64,000 bases of DNA from Amoebophrya sp. A120 (lineage: Eukaryota; Protista; Dinoflagellata): contig CAJINV010000010.1 in NCBI GenBank assembly GCA_905178155.1, positions 2,472,466 through 2,536,465 of the forward strand, given 5' to 3'. A model generated the notes under the pieces. The model saw nothing but the letters and a program-made list of their open reading frames with translations. It was not told the DNA's origin and made no database searches. This document shows, piece by piece, positions 11,772 through 24,471 of this stretch (the stretch's first letter is position 1; every line of letters starts with the position of its first letter). Position numbers and translations under genes: made by a program.

Positions 11772-14641
11772 ATGCGGCGCCACACGAGGAATTACCGAGG
11801 TCACTCGTCAAAGGCGGGGATTTTTACCGTTTTGGCCCTGTGGTCCAGCAACCTCGACTGCTGCTCTCCCGTCCATGCAGTGTCTCTCACCGTTGCAGGA
11901 AGAGACCACACTGCCAACTCTCTCGAGTCCGCGATCAAGACAGCAGAAAATTACCTGCAACAAAACTTCGCGTCCGACGAGTTTTTGCAGCGCTTACGTG
12001 GCACTGATGAACGGGGGACGAGATTACATGCAGCAGCAAATAGTGCTTCTAGCACCAATGCGGAACTCTACGTCGCAGCCGAGGACTTATCCGCATCGAT
12101 CGACGCTTGGCGGAGGCTGGTGTTTGGAAGGGAAAACAGCAGTTCCGTTGGCAAGCAAAACAGAAGCGTGAACACCCCTGAAGATGACCCGCGTCAGCAA
12201 CAAGTGTCGCTTCTGGAGAAGGTAGTTTCAAAAAGCGGGGATCATCAAGAAGCGCAGCAAGTAGTAAAAGGTCGCAAAAGCAAAGGCAGTGGTGTTGCAG
12301 CGGTAGGAACAACAACTTCTCCGGTGAAAAGAAAATCATCAAGCGGCCATAAAAAACAGCAAAACGAAGACGACAAGGAACAAAAGTCGGAAGGGCAGGC
12401 ACACAAGTCGCACGGAGCTCCTGCAGTTGTATCAGGGTCTTCTGCACAGACGGGACAAAAAGGCAGCAGCGCTGTGCCAACTTCTTCACAGGAAGCAACC
12501 ACGGTAATGAAGAAGGTTTCCTTCGGAACGGCCGCAACAGACTCCTCCGAGAAACAACGAGGCGCGCAGAAGAGCATGGAAATAAAGATGAAAACCTCGC
12601 CTCCAGTCACATCTTCCCCAGTTGCGAAAAAGAAGAAAACCATAATTTCCACCAAAGCTAGTCTAGCCGCGGACCTCTTGACGAAGAAACCCGCGCTGCC
12701 GGACGTGTTCCATCCGAAGAAAATGTCGGAGATGTTGGTGGAATATGCAATGCAAATATGTCTGGGTCTGGAAGAGTGCGATGCTTGTCATGCTGATTTT
12801 CCATTACCCCTGAGGTCTGGAGTGCAGGACTTAGCATGACAGATTCTGTCTCTGTGAGATCTCTATCATGCCTATCCTGCGTCAGAAACTGCGGCCCTCT
12901 CACCTTTGTCAAAATTGGGCAACTTTTGGTAATCATGCAGCACTGATTTTTCCATGATCCAGGCTCAGCATCACAAGTTGCAGCGTTCCAGACAGATTTG
13001 CATTTGATATGGAAACGGGGAAAAATAAATCACCCGCGCGAATGCAGCTCCGCGACCCGTTTTTGGACGACGGTGTAACAGCAACAGTATCTACTACTCC
13101 ATCAGCTCCTGTTCTACTTTCGGGACCGAGCGCTGCGTCGGACCGGCATGGAGAATTCCAGTCTTCCGCGTCGTTGGTTGCGACAGTTTCGAACCAGGAG
13201 GCTCCTGCGGCCTCCGGTCCCAGCGACAAGAAAGTTGTCTCTTTTCCGAAAATCGATCCCAGCACAGATGTGATTCCGATTGACGGTCGTGTGAACACTA
13301 GCAACGGCGTAAACTACAAAAGCCCGGCTGTTGTTGAGAGCAGTAGTTCGGATCCTGAAAAGACGACCACAAGAACATCTTCCACGCCAGAACAAGCTGC
13401 AATAACTCCTACCAGTACTATCGTGCCAGCAACTACACTGCCCGCACCTCCACCGGCCGGCGTGGTTTTGCTGCAATCCAGCGCGGCACTGGTGAACAAG
13501 AAAGGAAGTTATTTCACTGGGGAGGTGCAGGAGAAGGACCAACACGGTAATATTTCTCAAGCGGACCACGAAGAACCCGACCTCACCGACATGCTCGGGT
13601 TGAGTTTTTTGCAGCTCAGCAAAATGTCGTTGTCCAGTGAAGAGTATGAAAGGCGAATACGTCTGGGTCTAGAAACTTGTGATGCTGGATTGGGAATGGT
13701 GGACACACTACACTACGCAGCCAAGCATGACAAGTTCTTGAGCTGCTATGTATTGCGAGTTCTGCATAGCAAACTGCGCTTTTGCATGACAGGCAAGCGG
13801 CTCTCCTCCTGCTCATGCATCACAGAGTTAGGAGTCATGCGAGACAAGCATGACAAACTTCCAGTCTTCCAGACGCAGACACATTTACAATGCATAAAGA
13901 GCAGACAAAGAACGAAAACGCGGAGACGAAAACGCTGATCCATCACGCAGCAGCATCGCTCTTAGAAGACGCGGGTCAGAAATTGAAAGCGGCCTGGTTG
14001 TTGAAGCTGAGCAAAAATGTTTCCCTCGCACCAAAAGTATTGAACAAGGTGGAAGTTTGTCATGCGGAACGAAGAACAACTGAACATTCCTCTACGAAAA
14101 GAACCGACCAAGCAGCAGTTTTCGACACCGCATTCGCACCGCTTTTGAAATCGATCGCGTCCTCTGCATCGGAAACATCGTCCCCAGGATATCCTGAGTA
14201 AAAACGTACCCACACCAGAGTTGTAATGCAGATTTGCAAAGACAGGAAGACTTGTAATGCGCATCCCCATGAAAGCCATTTCCAATCGTGTTTTGGAATT
14301 TGTGATGCTGTGAACAGGATGAGCAGATGAATCTGTGACGCGGCTGCACTTGCTAACCTGCACTGCACTGCAGAGCGCAACTTCTCATACTTGACTCACA
14401 ACATCCCTAGGTTTGTGTTGCAAAATCCCCATCCTGACTCTGGTGTGGGTACGTTTTTACTCAGGATACAGGAGGTGCAGCAGCCGAAGAACAAATCGCG
14501 GTGGGGAAAATTTTGCTGCGCCAGATCCAACACTTCCGGAAACTCGTGGTCAAGGCGGCTGCGGAGAACCAGAAAAAATGCGTGGCGGAAGAGGCGTTCA
14601 CCGTGCTACAAACGGTGGCGGGAATGGTCGGGAGGAAGTAG
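11772..14641 (+). CDS. Hypothetical low-complexity protein with an N-terminal hydrophobic segment, 4 exons
   Basis: ORFs at 11772, 13009 and 13890 and a final exon join in frame after removing 12744-13009 (TSD TGGAA), 13645-13896 (AAGAG) and 14190-14468 (CAGGA). Stop TAG 14639-14641. Confidence 0.75.
14190..14468. mobile_element. Introner family E (representative; ~270-330 bp, ~14 copies)
   Basis: TIR TATCCTGAGTAAAAACGTCCCCACACCA. Other starts: 19821, 22746, 32038, 36361, 37495, 39658, 40977, 48238, 49564, 53262, 54759, 57148, 63747. Confidence 0.9.
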
Positions 14642-15394
14642 GGCGAAGCGGTGCCCTCGGCCGTCGTTCGTTTTGAAGTCTTCTTGACGCTGAAATTATT
14701 TTTTCCCATTTGGTCGTGTTGAAACTGAAAGTAAGTACACACTCGACGAGCAATCTACCAAAAGCGATCAGCATGTTCGTCTTGCAGCGCAACGTTGCAA
14801 TAATTATCAGCCGCGCGGCCGTGGTCCGTGTTGGCAAATGTTCTGACACTACTTGCAATTTACATTTGGCACTACTCGCAATGTCCGTCTCCTGCGTGGC
14901 TTGCGTCGGTTCTTTGGAATGTCTTTTTTTTGTAACGAGAAGCGGTCGTATCGCTATCGGTTCTGTATCGTAGAACAGCAAAAGCTGTAAGTCGGTTGAT
15001 ACTAGCCATTCGTACAAAACTTTTTCGGAAAAATAACGAGGATTTTCGTTCAAGGAACCGACAACGACATCCGTAACATCGGATAGAGTCGTGGAACATC
15101 GTACAAAAGGGCACAGCGAACCATCGTACTACGTCGCGGTCGTGCAAAGAAGTAAGGATTTTTACAGACGATCGACCGCGTACATGTTCATCCGCTTGCC
15201 TTTGAATTCGAAATCCGCATGTGGACGACTCCCTTACTACCCAAATGTGATGTTGAACCCCATTTGATGTTCGGACCGTGACCATTTTCACTTTTTCCAC
15301 TCGATTCCACCTTGTACTTGATTGTGCTGTGAAACTCAACCTAGGCAAACGAATCGGAAAAGTTTTTTCCAAAACCAACCCCCAAACTCGCAAA

Positions 15395-15502
15395 ATGGCG
15401 AAGATGATGAAGATGATGAAGGCCGCCGAGCCGGCCCCGGCCATGAAGAAGATGATGAAGATGTCCATGAAGATGAAGATGATGTCCATGAAGAAGAAGT
15501 AA
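15395..15502 (+). CDS. 35-aa Met/Lys-rich basic micro-protein, copy 1 (MAKMMKMMKAAEPAPAMKKMMKMSMKMKMMSMKKK)
   Basis: ATG in CAAAATGG context. The coding sequence is identical to 25641-25748 while the flanks diverge. The composition resembles the MK-rich N-termini of dinoflagellate DVNP nucleoproteins (inference only). Confidence 0.7.
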   Translation: MAKMMKMMKAAEPAPAMKKMMKMSMKMKMMSMKKK

Positions 15503-15576
15503 GTGGGTTTTATTTACAACCCGCTGCGGACGACACTCTTCAGTATGACGCCATTCTAGAGTGAGACGTCGGAGAA

Positions 15577-15628
15577 GCTAGCGCTCCTGGTTGTGGTGTG
15601 AATCCACAGCGGTTGAGCTGAAGCTAGC
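15577..15628 (+). promoter_or_regulatory. Conserved stem-loop downstream of micro-ORF copy 1
   Basis: CTAGC-GCTC..GTTGTGG-loop-CCACAGC..GAGC-(TGAA)-GCTAG. The homolog at 25817-25866 has a compensatory change. Confidence 0.55.
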
Positions 15629-15654
15629 GATTGTAATACAGTAATCGTCTCAAC

Positions 15655-15863
15655 TATTGAAAGAAAAAAGTTCGTCACGATCACTAAGGCGCATTTTTGC
15701 AATACAAAATTTTCTGTCATGCGTAACAATGCATCACAGCCAAACTTTACAAGGGATTTCCCTAGTGTTTCTGCAATACAAGGAAAAGCTGTGAAGATGC
15801 TAAATGAATTTGTAATGCAAAGCCTGCAAGTTAGTGACTGTGGCAAACTTTTTTCTCTCCATA
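15655..15863. mobile_element. Introner-type element in the probable 3' UTR of micro-ORF copy 1
   Basis: TAT...ATA ends and TCAAC TSD. Its TIR is related to the element at ~36033-36303. It is absent from copy 2. Confidence 0.75.
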
Positions 15864-16277
15864 TCAACACGGCAAGAGAAGACACAGAATTCGAATCGCT
15901 GTAGCATCTACAAGATTTGAAACTCAGTTTTTTTTGCCCTCGAAGAGATTACGCTTTACATAAGAAAAAAAAAGAATGCTTTTTGCCTGCTCAGGCACAG
16001 TTGGTGCCGGATTTCGGTTGCGAGAGGTTTAGCGTCCTCTGTGTTCTGGAAGTTCGTGTTACGCATATACTCTTGCGAATTGCAGCCCTCTCTGCCACCC
16101 ACAAACGTCGATCTTCTATGTCGCATGTGAGGAGAGGTCGCATGTGATGTGATTACACTGATGTGAGTTGAAAAAGATGTAACGCTGTCGCTGTCCTTGT
16201 CCCTCCTCTCGTGTTTCCTACCTGCTGCCGCTGCTGCTGTCCTTGCTGTACTTTTCCGATTTTAGCCTACGCGACCG

Positions 16278-16700
16278 ATGCAGACCATGTCCATGATGAA
16301 GACCATTACCATCCGAGTATTTCACACAGCCGCAGACAAGACCGGGAGAACACGTCTAGCCTGGGGCCGAGTACAGGGCGGCGGCGAAGATGAGTCATTC
16401 GGGGACGTCTTCGTCCACAGCTTCGACGTCCTCGGAAAAGGGTGTGACTGGAGCGGATGCGGTACTACGCCCATGATAGAAGGCACGGTTAAGGAGACGG
16501 AGCGCGCTGGAAGGTACCGGCTCACTGCGGGCAAGATGATTCGCGACTCGTCTAGTGCAGGCGAAGCTGAAGCGGAGCCCATCGCCGAAAAAGTGAAGAC
16601 CCTAGAGAGGAACATCGACGAAGTGCGGCAGTTCAATGCCGCCTGCCATGCGGAGTGGGCGAAGAACGCCTCGACTCTGTTCAAGATGACATCGAAGTGT
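16278..16700 (+). pseudogene. Probable captured or truncated gene fragment (weak cold-shock-like DVFVH motif) fused to half an introner
   Basis: The ORF runs into only the right half of an E-family introner (ends 16802). The segment sits between 39-bp direct repeats at 16038-16076 and 16810-16848. Confidence 0.35.
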
Positions 16701-17215
16701 CATGCAGAGAAAATTTTGTCATGCAGAGCTCCCAAAACTTGGAGACTTGTGTTGCTAGATTCCCAACTTGACTATGGGAGGGGGATGTTTTTGTTTAGGA
16801 TAGAGGTTTTCTGTGTTCTGGAAGTTCGTGTTACGCATATACTCTTGCAGAGCAAAGAACAGTTTTTCTGCTTTTTGTCGGAGAGGAGAACGGTACTTTC
16901 GTACTCGCACGTCCTACCTCTGTAGTAACCTGTGTTTCTTTTTGAGGTTTTTACAGTATCGCCCAACCAGCTCTTTGAGTGGTGGAAATGCCAAGTGCAA
17001 TCTTTATATCCGCGGGCCGCGTGACGTTTCATTCTAGTCCACTTGGGCGGCCACTACTAACTTCTAGATCCAAAAGGCAAGGGCCGCAGTGTTTTGGTAG
17101 GCGTTTATTCCGCAGTGCAATTTTCAAAGATGTTTTGGTAGTCGGTGGGGGCCACGCGGGTAGTAGCGGTTTAATATTTATATTTTCGCCAAATCGAAAC
17201 AAAAGTTGAAAAGCC

Positions 17216-20200
17216 ATGACCCCAACCAACGTTGTTCTCTCCGACCACATCCGCTCCCTCGCGGACGTGAGGCGGGAGGCGAAAATATCAACTGTAAAAA
17301 TGTCTGGGTCTGGAAGATTCTGACACTTGTCATGCACGTTTTGCACGAGCCATGATGTCTGTGATGCATACCCTAGCAATGCAGATTTTCTGAGGGCTTC
17401 TTGATGCCTATTCCGCATGACAAATGCCTTCTCAGTGCAGCGAAAATTGCATTCCCTTTGGTACTCATGCAATACAGATTTTTTTTGGATTCCAAATGCA
17501 GCATCACAGGTTGCATTCTTCCAGACCCAGACATTTTTACATTTGATAGAAAAAGGCTTCCGGCGCGGTCTTCTGCTGGTGGGAGGAAGCGGACCGGGCG
17601 CAGCGATGGAAGAAGACGGGTGCTGCAACGGCGGAGCAGAAGAGCAGCGCCCGTACCAGTCGCTCGCGGGCGGTGGAAAAACAACACGCACGTCGTCGGG
17701 ACCCATCTTCTAGTATGGGTTCCAGGTGGAGATCGAAGGGACAGGGAGCGACCGCTCACGGTAGTACAACTACAGAGCCGCGGCCGAATAATGCAACACT
17801 TGCAGAACAAGGACCAGCGGCCACAAGGAGTGCTGCGTTTTCTCATCTAGAAGTCGAGCAAAGCGTGTTAACTGCAGGATCGTCGCACGACGAAAGCTCG
17901 GCGTCTTATGCATTGCAAATATGTGAAGGTCTGGGTGTGCTGGAAGAAGTAGATTGCATGGCTTGTCATGCATAGTTTACTTGGCATGGACAAAAGGGTC
18001 GTTTAGACTACGGGTTTTAGTATCTTCACAAGTGTCTTAAGAAGGCTCGTCGCTGCCTAGCCTACACGAGACCTTTCGCTCTCGTACGATGACAATAAAA
18101 AGTGGGCGCGTGCAGCTCCTTATTTTGCTGGTCATGCAATACAGCTCTCTATTGTCGAGCTGATCTAGCATCACAGACCCAGCAGACATTTTTGCACCGG
18201 ATACGTCTCTGAACGAAGCAATCCAGGAGCTGATCAGAAATGAGGAGCACAACGAGTCGGAACTTGTCATGCAGACCGAGGAAGAAGATAAACATAAACC
18301 TACTCATCTACCAAACAACATCTTCCTCGATGGCAATTGCAATACAAGTTCAACATCTTTCGCTCTCGTGGACCACGCTGGACAGCAAGACTTTTCCTCC
18401 TCGTACCAAATCGACAGCGCTCTGAACGAGTCCAGGATCGATTTTGCGCTGTTGAAAAAGACGATTGCCGAGGAGCGGGAGCGAAAGACGAAGTGTGGCG
18501 CGGCCAGTCAGGTACTAGTCCGACTTCCGGCGGACGGTGAAGAAAATCAGCGGGCCAGCACAAAGATGCCATCAGCTGCAACTACTTCGTCTAGTACAAC
18601 GGCGGGTCGTGTAGCGGATGCAGCGACTGATGGTGGTACTGGCTTCAACGACGCCAGTGAAAACATGGAAAGCTTATTTCCAAAAAAGTTCATCTCGTCC
18701 GCGGTTGTTCACAGCACGGCGTTTGAACATGTTGGCTCGGGACCGCAGGAGCTCCGTGCGGAGGAAGGCAGACGGACAGGAAGAGAGGCTGCGCCTGTGC
18801 TGGTCCAGGGTATTCAGAAGAACATCAACGCAGTAGAACAACAAGGAGTGAAGATGAGAAGCGCGAATGCTTTATCGACTTCATCGTCGTCTTCGCAAGT
18901 GGCCAAAACAAGCGGCGAGACCTCCACCACGACGACAGGCGCGCTGAACAAAGTGTCTGCAACGAAATTGTCCCGGCGCAGAAGCAGTAGCTCTGCGGAG
19001 GAGCAGATAAATGCGACCCCATCTCCTGCAGCTTATTCGCAGCGCGGAATGCCACAACATGCGGCAAAGAATGCACAACAAATAACTTCTACACAGGGAC
19101 AGGACTCTAGACCCGCCACTCTGAAAAACGAGACGGATCGGCAGCAGATTCTGGATATCCTGTGCAAAAGTATCGTACTCGTATTGCAGTCATGCATTAG
19201 CATTACAAATCTTTTTCTTGAGGTAAATCAGCACTACAAATTTTTTTTCTCATGCTGAGGAAATTTGTAATGCATTTATATACACGAGTACGATACTTTT
19301 GCAATTCATACTGGACACCCTCGGCGCTCTGAACTGGTCGGAAAAGCAGGCTGGCGCATCTGCCGGCACGACGAAAAGAGATCTAGTTCATCTTCCCGAG
19401 GAAAGTAAAAACAACAAAAAATTTTACAACCCCAACAACTACGACGCGGTCGTTGATCATTATAACCCGCTCAGGTGTTACAATCTCAAACGTTACAACA
19501 GAGTCTGAGATTTGTCTTGCATCATGGGCATGATCTAGCCAACTCTCATGGGGTTGCGCATGACAAGTTCCGGAGCTCCAAACCCCACTACAATCTGGGA
19601 AAATTTGTATTGCAAAAGGTGGAACGCTGTGCGAGTCTGTCATGCCCATCATGCAAGACAAACTCCAGACTCTATTGTAACGTTTGAGATTGTAACGTTT
19701 GAGCAAGTCATAATCATGATGACAGTTTTCTCAACCTGTCCCCCGCACGGCCGGCGATGAGGACGAACGGAGGGCGGCTTGTAGTACAGCATGATCGCCA
19801 GATGAATAACGGCACCTGGTTATCCTATGTAAAAATGTCCCCACACCATAGTCAATATGGGAAGTCTGCAACACAAATCCCCAAGTTTTTGGGGTTCTGC
19901 ATGACAAAAGTTTCCATCTGCAGTGTAGTACTGGCTGGCAAGGAAAGCCGCACGACAAAGCCATTTTCTCGTCCTGTTTACAGCATTACAAATTCCAAAA
20001 GACGACTGGAAATGCCTCTCATGGAAGAGCGCATTACAAATCTTCCTGGCATTGCGCATTTGCATGACAACGGTGGGGTGGGGACGTTTTTACACAGGAT
20101 ACTGGTCCCCTCGCTACGAGGAAACGCCGACTTTGAAGCAACAGTGGGTTTTACCAGCGTATGAACAGCAGATACCGGCGGAACTAGTTTCATCCAGCGA

Positions 20201-20993
20201 GAGTCGTAACAGCATGTTGAACCATGACTGTCGTTGGCCGCAGGTTGGTCGGGCGAATGTGGATACTAAACAAGAAGTAGTCTCTCGTCATCTCGACGCT
20301 GGCCAACGGCGCGTTGCTGTCCAGGAGCAAGAGGAGGCGGAGGTAGACAAGGAGCGGCGGTTTCTTGGTCGGAATTTTGACGGTGTTGATAACTCCTATC
20401 AACAAGAAGAAGTGCTGCACTACGATAAGAAGAAGAGCCACTTCTTCCCTGCGGGGTGTAACAAAGGTGCGGCGGATCATCATGATGATGTTGATTCTCA
20501 CCTTGGTCTACTCCCTGAAGATGTAGGTGGCTGCAATCTTGAAGATGTTCCACCCACCTGGCCCTCGTCCACCTCCGTAGTCTACTTCCGGAAGCATCGG
20601 CCCCAGCCGAAAATCGCGAATTTCCTGGCGACCAGTTTCGATTATGAGAATCTGCAGGGAGGTGGAGGAGATGCGGTTTTTGCGGGTAGTACTTCTAGGT
20701 TCTTGCCGGAAGAAGATATTAAAGATGAAATGTACAGGGGTCGTCCTGCCGGACCTCCGGGCTTCGACAACTACTACAGCGGACATGATCACGACGTGAA
20801 CAAAAACAGGGTCGCAATTATGACCAGGGAAGTCGACCGGGGAGGGAGTTACAGTCAAGCAAATGAAGACCCTTTCACCTATGATTACCGTGAGGACCAC
20901 ATTAATGCAACGGAAATTATAGGAACTACTCGATCATCCCAAAAACTATCGCACTTTCACGATATTTTAGAGCGGCACGGGAGGCATAAGTAA
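17216..20993 (+). CDS. Hypothetical low-complexity protein, 6 exons
   Basis: The frame is continuous after removing 17286-17548 (GAAAA), 17907-18203 (CGTCT), 19156-19310 (CTGGA), 19461-19712 (ATCAT) and 19821-20101 (CTGGT). This joins the ORFs at 17673, 18269, 19299, 19757 and 20052. Confidence 0.75.
19461..19712. mobile_element. Introner family K (single copy)
   Basis: ~45-bp TIR containing GTTACAATCTCAAACGTTACAA and an ATCAT TSD. Its removal restores the frame. Confidence 0.8.
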
Positions 20994-21459
20994 TCTATCA
21001 CTGAGAAGCTGCACTGTCTCGGTAGTACTTAGTTCCGTATATGCAAACCACGCTAGTAGGGAAGATTTGACTTTGAACGGTTTTGGAAAAATTACGCGAA
21101 TAAACAGTTCTTGCTTTTTCTTCTAGCCTTTCTGGAGACAGCTGGAGTTGCGCTGATCATGATGAAATTCTTCTAGCGGGGGCGGTTCTTGCAATTGATT
21201 TTTGAAGTTTGTGAGATGGTGTTCGCATTCGCAACAGAAAGTTCTAGTGCTCTTATGACAAAACAGACACACTGTGATCTCCTGTGATACTTCCTCCGTG
21301 AAGACAGCCATCCCTTCGGTAATATCAAAGTGGACCGGTTTATTTCTGTGGTCTTTCTGTTTCAGAGAATCTAATCTTTAGTCGCTACGACCTTAGTACT
21401 TATCACATCTGATTTTTCGGGTTTTCATTGGTGATAACCGCCCATAGAAAAAGGAGAAG

Positions 21460-24400
21460 ATGACTACGCGCGCCGGCAAACTTGGTTCTTGTTCTGCGGT
21501 CCTCTTCCTACTCAGTGCCGCGACTGCGGTTCTGGGTCAGGGCGCCCCCGACTTTCAGACGGTTCTCGGCGGATTTTACACCGATCCCAACCACTACAAA
21601 CCGGGCACGCTGTATGATGCAAGAAGAAAAACTGTGTCAGTGTAGATTTGTGTTGCAGATTACTCGAAAAACCGTAATTAGCGGCTAAGTTGGTACGGCC
21701 CACAGAACAAGAGCAAGCGAATGAAACTTTTTCCGCACGACTGCTAGCTCCTGCATTCTCCGACTTCCCGAGCTAAGTGCTGCAGGATTTCTCTCCTTCT
21801 GCTTTTTCCCTGGGGAAAAAACCGCGCGCGTCCGTACTTGAGATTTTGCGTTTTATTCACTCGATGACGATGATGCGCAAATGCAAAAACTGTGAGGCAT
21901 AAGTTCCCTAATGGCGCGTGCCATTAGGGAACTTATGTTTTTGCATTTTCGAAAAACATAAGTTCCCTATTGGCACGTGCAACTAGGGAACTTATGGCTC
22001 GAGATTTTGGGTTTTTCTTTTTTTTCACTCCATCCTGCGAAAAGAAAACGCAAAAACTCTGAGGCATAAGTTCCCCAATGGCACGTGCCATTAGGGAACT
22101 TATGTTTTTGCATTTTCGAAAAACATAAGTTCCCTATTGGCACGTGCAACTAGGGAACTTATGGCTCGAGATTTTGGGTTTTTTTCACTCGATGATGCGC
22201 AAGTGGAAATGCAAAAACTCTGAAGCATAAGTTCCCTAATGGCGCGGGCCTTTAGGGAGCTTATGTTTTTGCATTTTCGAAAAGCATAGAAATAGATATC
22301 CTATTTGAGTGCGTAAATAGGAAGCTAGTCCTTTGATGAAGCTTTGGTTTTTTTCCGCAAAGGGAGCGCTTTGAAGCTTTGGCTTTTTTCCGCAAGAATA
22401 GAAAGGGAGCGCCTCGCCCTGGTGCAAGGGTTTTCATTTCTGCTCGTGTCATGGGGACCACGCACGGCGCGACGCAATAGCTTTCTTGTTTTGTGGCTCG
22501 GAAAGAGTTACCACTTTAGCCGCTTATTACGGTATGCCGAGTATGCGAGAGACGCTTACATTTGTCATGCTGGATAAGTAGTATGTGTTGCCACACGCTG
22601 TTTTTTTTGCATAGGTGCAGCTTTGCAGCCCCGTGCTTCCTACGCATGACAAGTTTTTTCTCTCCATACGCTGGAAGGTATCCGGTTGATGGGCTTTCCC
22701 GCCACGCCCGGTTCTAGCGAATTCGCCTTCACGGGGTCCGACGACTATCCAATGTAAAACGTCCCTACGAGGACCCCGGAGTTGTCATGCAGATTTGCAA
22801 TTACAGGAACAGTTGTTATGCGCATCCCCATGAGCAGAGGCATTTCCAGTCGTGTTTCGGCACTTGGAATGCTCCAAATAGAATGAGGAAATGTGATTGT
22901 GATGCGGCTGTCCTTGATGAACTGCACTTCTGCAGTACATAGTACAGAGAAGAACTTGTTGAATCATGCGTGACTCGTCCCAAAACTTCTTCTGGACTTG
23001 TGTTGCCAAGTTAGTACGTAGTCTCCAACATCTTGACTATGGGGTCCTCGTGGGGACGTTTTATTTACACAGGATAACGACGGGGCGAAATTTTGGAAGG
23101 CGAGCGGCAAGATTTTGGACATATCAACTGTAAAAATGTCTGGGTCTGGAAGAATGTATGTTTGTCATGCTTGTCTGGCATGACTGTATAAATCTGTCAT
23201 GCACGTTACCCAAGAGCTCTATTTTTCTGTGATGCAGAAACGCAGTTTGTCATGCAGAATAGGCAACACCTAGAAGCTCAGAAACTTGTCATGCTGAGCC
23301 AGCACTTGTGGCCTCATCATGAGACGCCACCCAGCATCACAAGTTTCCAGACCCAGACATTTTTACATTTGGTAGGACAGCGCGGAGTGGGAAACGAAGA
23401 AGCTGGTCATATCAACTGAAAATATGTCTGGTTCGGGAAGATTGCCAGGTTTGTCATGCAGGTTTCGGATCATGCCCCAGAAGGTCTGGAATACGGGTCT
23501 AGCATCACAAATCTACTTGAGAAGGCTTCTGAATGCCTAATCCGCATGACAGATTCCCTGTTTCGGTCACAAGAAATGGGCAACCTTTGCTGTCCATGCA
23601 TGAAAGATTTTCGTGTGATGTGAAATGCGCATCACAAGTTTGCATCTTTTCAAACCCAGACATAATTTTGCAATGCATAGGTCAAACTGCAAACGAACTT
23701 CCATGAGAAGGGCGCGCCGGCCGATTATCACACAGAAAAAAGCAGGCAGGGCATATTTGTTTTGCGAAATTGAAATTATAGCAGAAAAATTTGTCATGGG
23801 CGAGCTTGTAGCGTGCGGTTTATGATATGCAATACAGATTTTTTTGCTTTTTAATTTTTGAATTACAAATCTGACCTGCCTTTTTTTTTCTGTGGGATAC
23901 CGATTTTGCAGAGTTCAAGGGAACGTTTGACGGGGTCACCTATCAAAAGCAAAAATCCCCCCTCCCCATATCACAACGGAAATCTGTGATGCGGGACTTG
24001 TGTACACAAATCACATCTGTCTTGCAGTGAGGCACTGCAGGCAAAGCCCAAGCCTGTGCAGGGGTGCTTTGGCGTAGGTGCTTAGCATAGCAGAGGCCTT
24101 CCATGTATCCGTAACAGCATTGCGAATCGCCTGTATAAGTCGGCGGATTCTTTTGATCTACCCCCTTGCAAGAGAGACAGGGTTTGCGGTCACAAATCAG
24201 CATGACAACTTTTTAGGAGCATACATTTTCAGTATGGGGAGGGGGGATTTTTCCTCACAATATCACCGGAAGAATCACCTGGCAGGACGGCAATGCCTGG
24301 GTCCGGCAGAAGGAAGTGAGTTTGGACTTCGCGGGAGGGAGCAGTGGCGCGGGCTCGAGTACGGATGCTACTGCTGCTGCTGCTGCTGCAACTTTGGCTG

Positions 24401-24471
24401 AAAAGAAACAACATGACTCGATTGACAGTGTTGAGCAGAACTTTATCGCGAAAGAAAACGACAACTTGTAA
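21460..24471 (+). CDS. Secreted uncharacterised protein with motifs GFYTDPNH / GSDD..FW / NF..KGAP / ITWQDGNAW, 7 exons
   Basis: Signal-peptide-like N-terminus. The frame is continuous after removing 21613-22668 (CGCTG), 22746-23076 (ACGAC), 23122-23374 (GGACA), 23410-23679 (GGTCA), 23726-23899 (CCGAT) and 23941-24262 (TCACC). Stop TAA 24469-24471. The motifs recall an uncharacterised algal/protist family (from memory, not searched). Confidence 0.8.
21663..22541. mobile_element. MITE with TA TSD (Tc1/mariner-like) nested in an introner; carries five 40-bp palindromes
   Basis: TA|CTCG..ACCGTAATTAGCGGCTAAG at the left end and CTTTAGCCGCTTATTACGGT..CGAG|TA at the right. Palindromes CATAAGTTCCC-N18-GGGAACTTATG start at 21898, 21957, 22065, 22124 and 22226. 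Confidence 0.7.

Noticed and set aside
15577-15628. SECIS element
   Set aside because: There is no properly placed AUGA/GA quartet and no in-frame TGA in the upstream ORF.
21898-22265. CRISPR-like palindromic repeats
   Set aside because: The spacers are repeated rather than unique, the array lies inside a MITE, and the context is eukaryotic.
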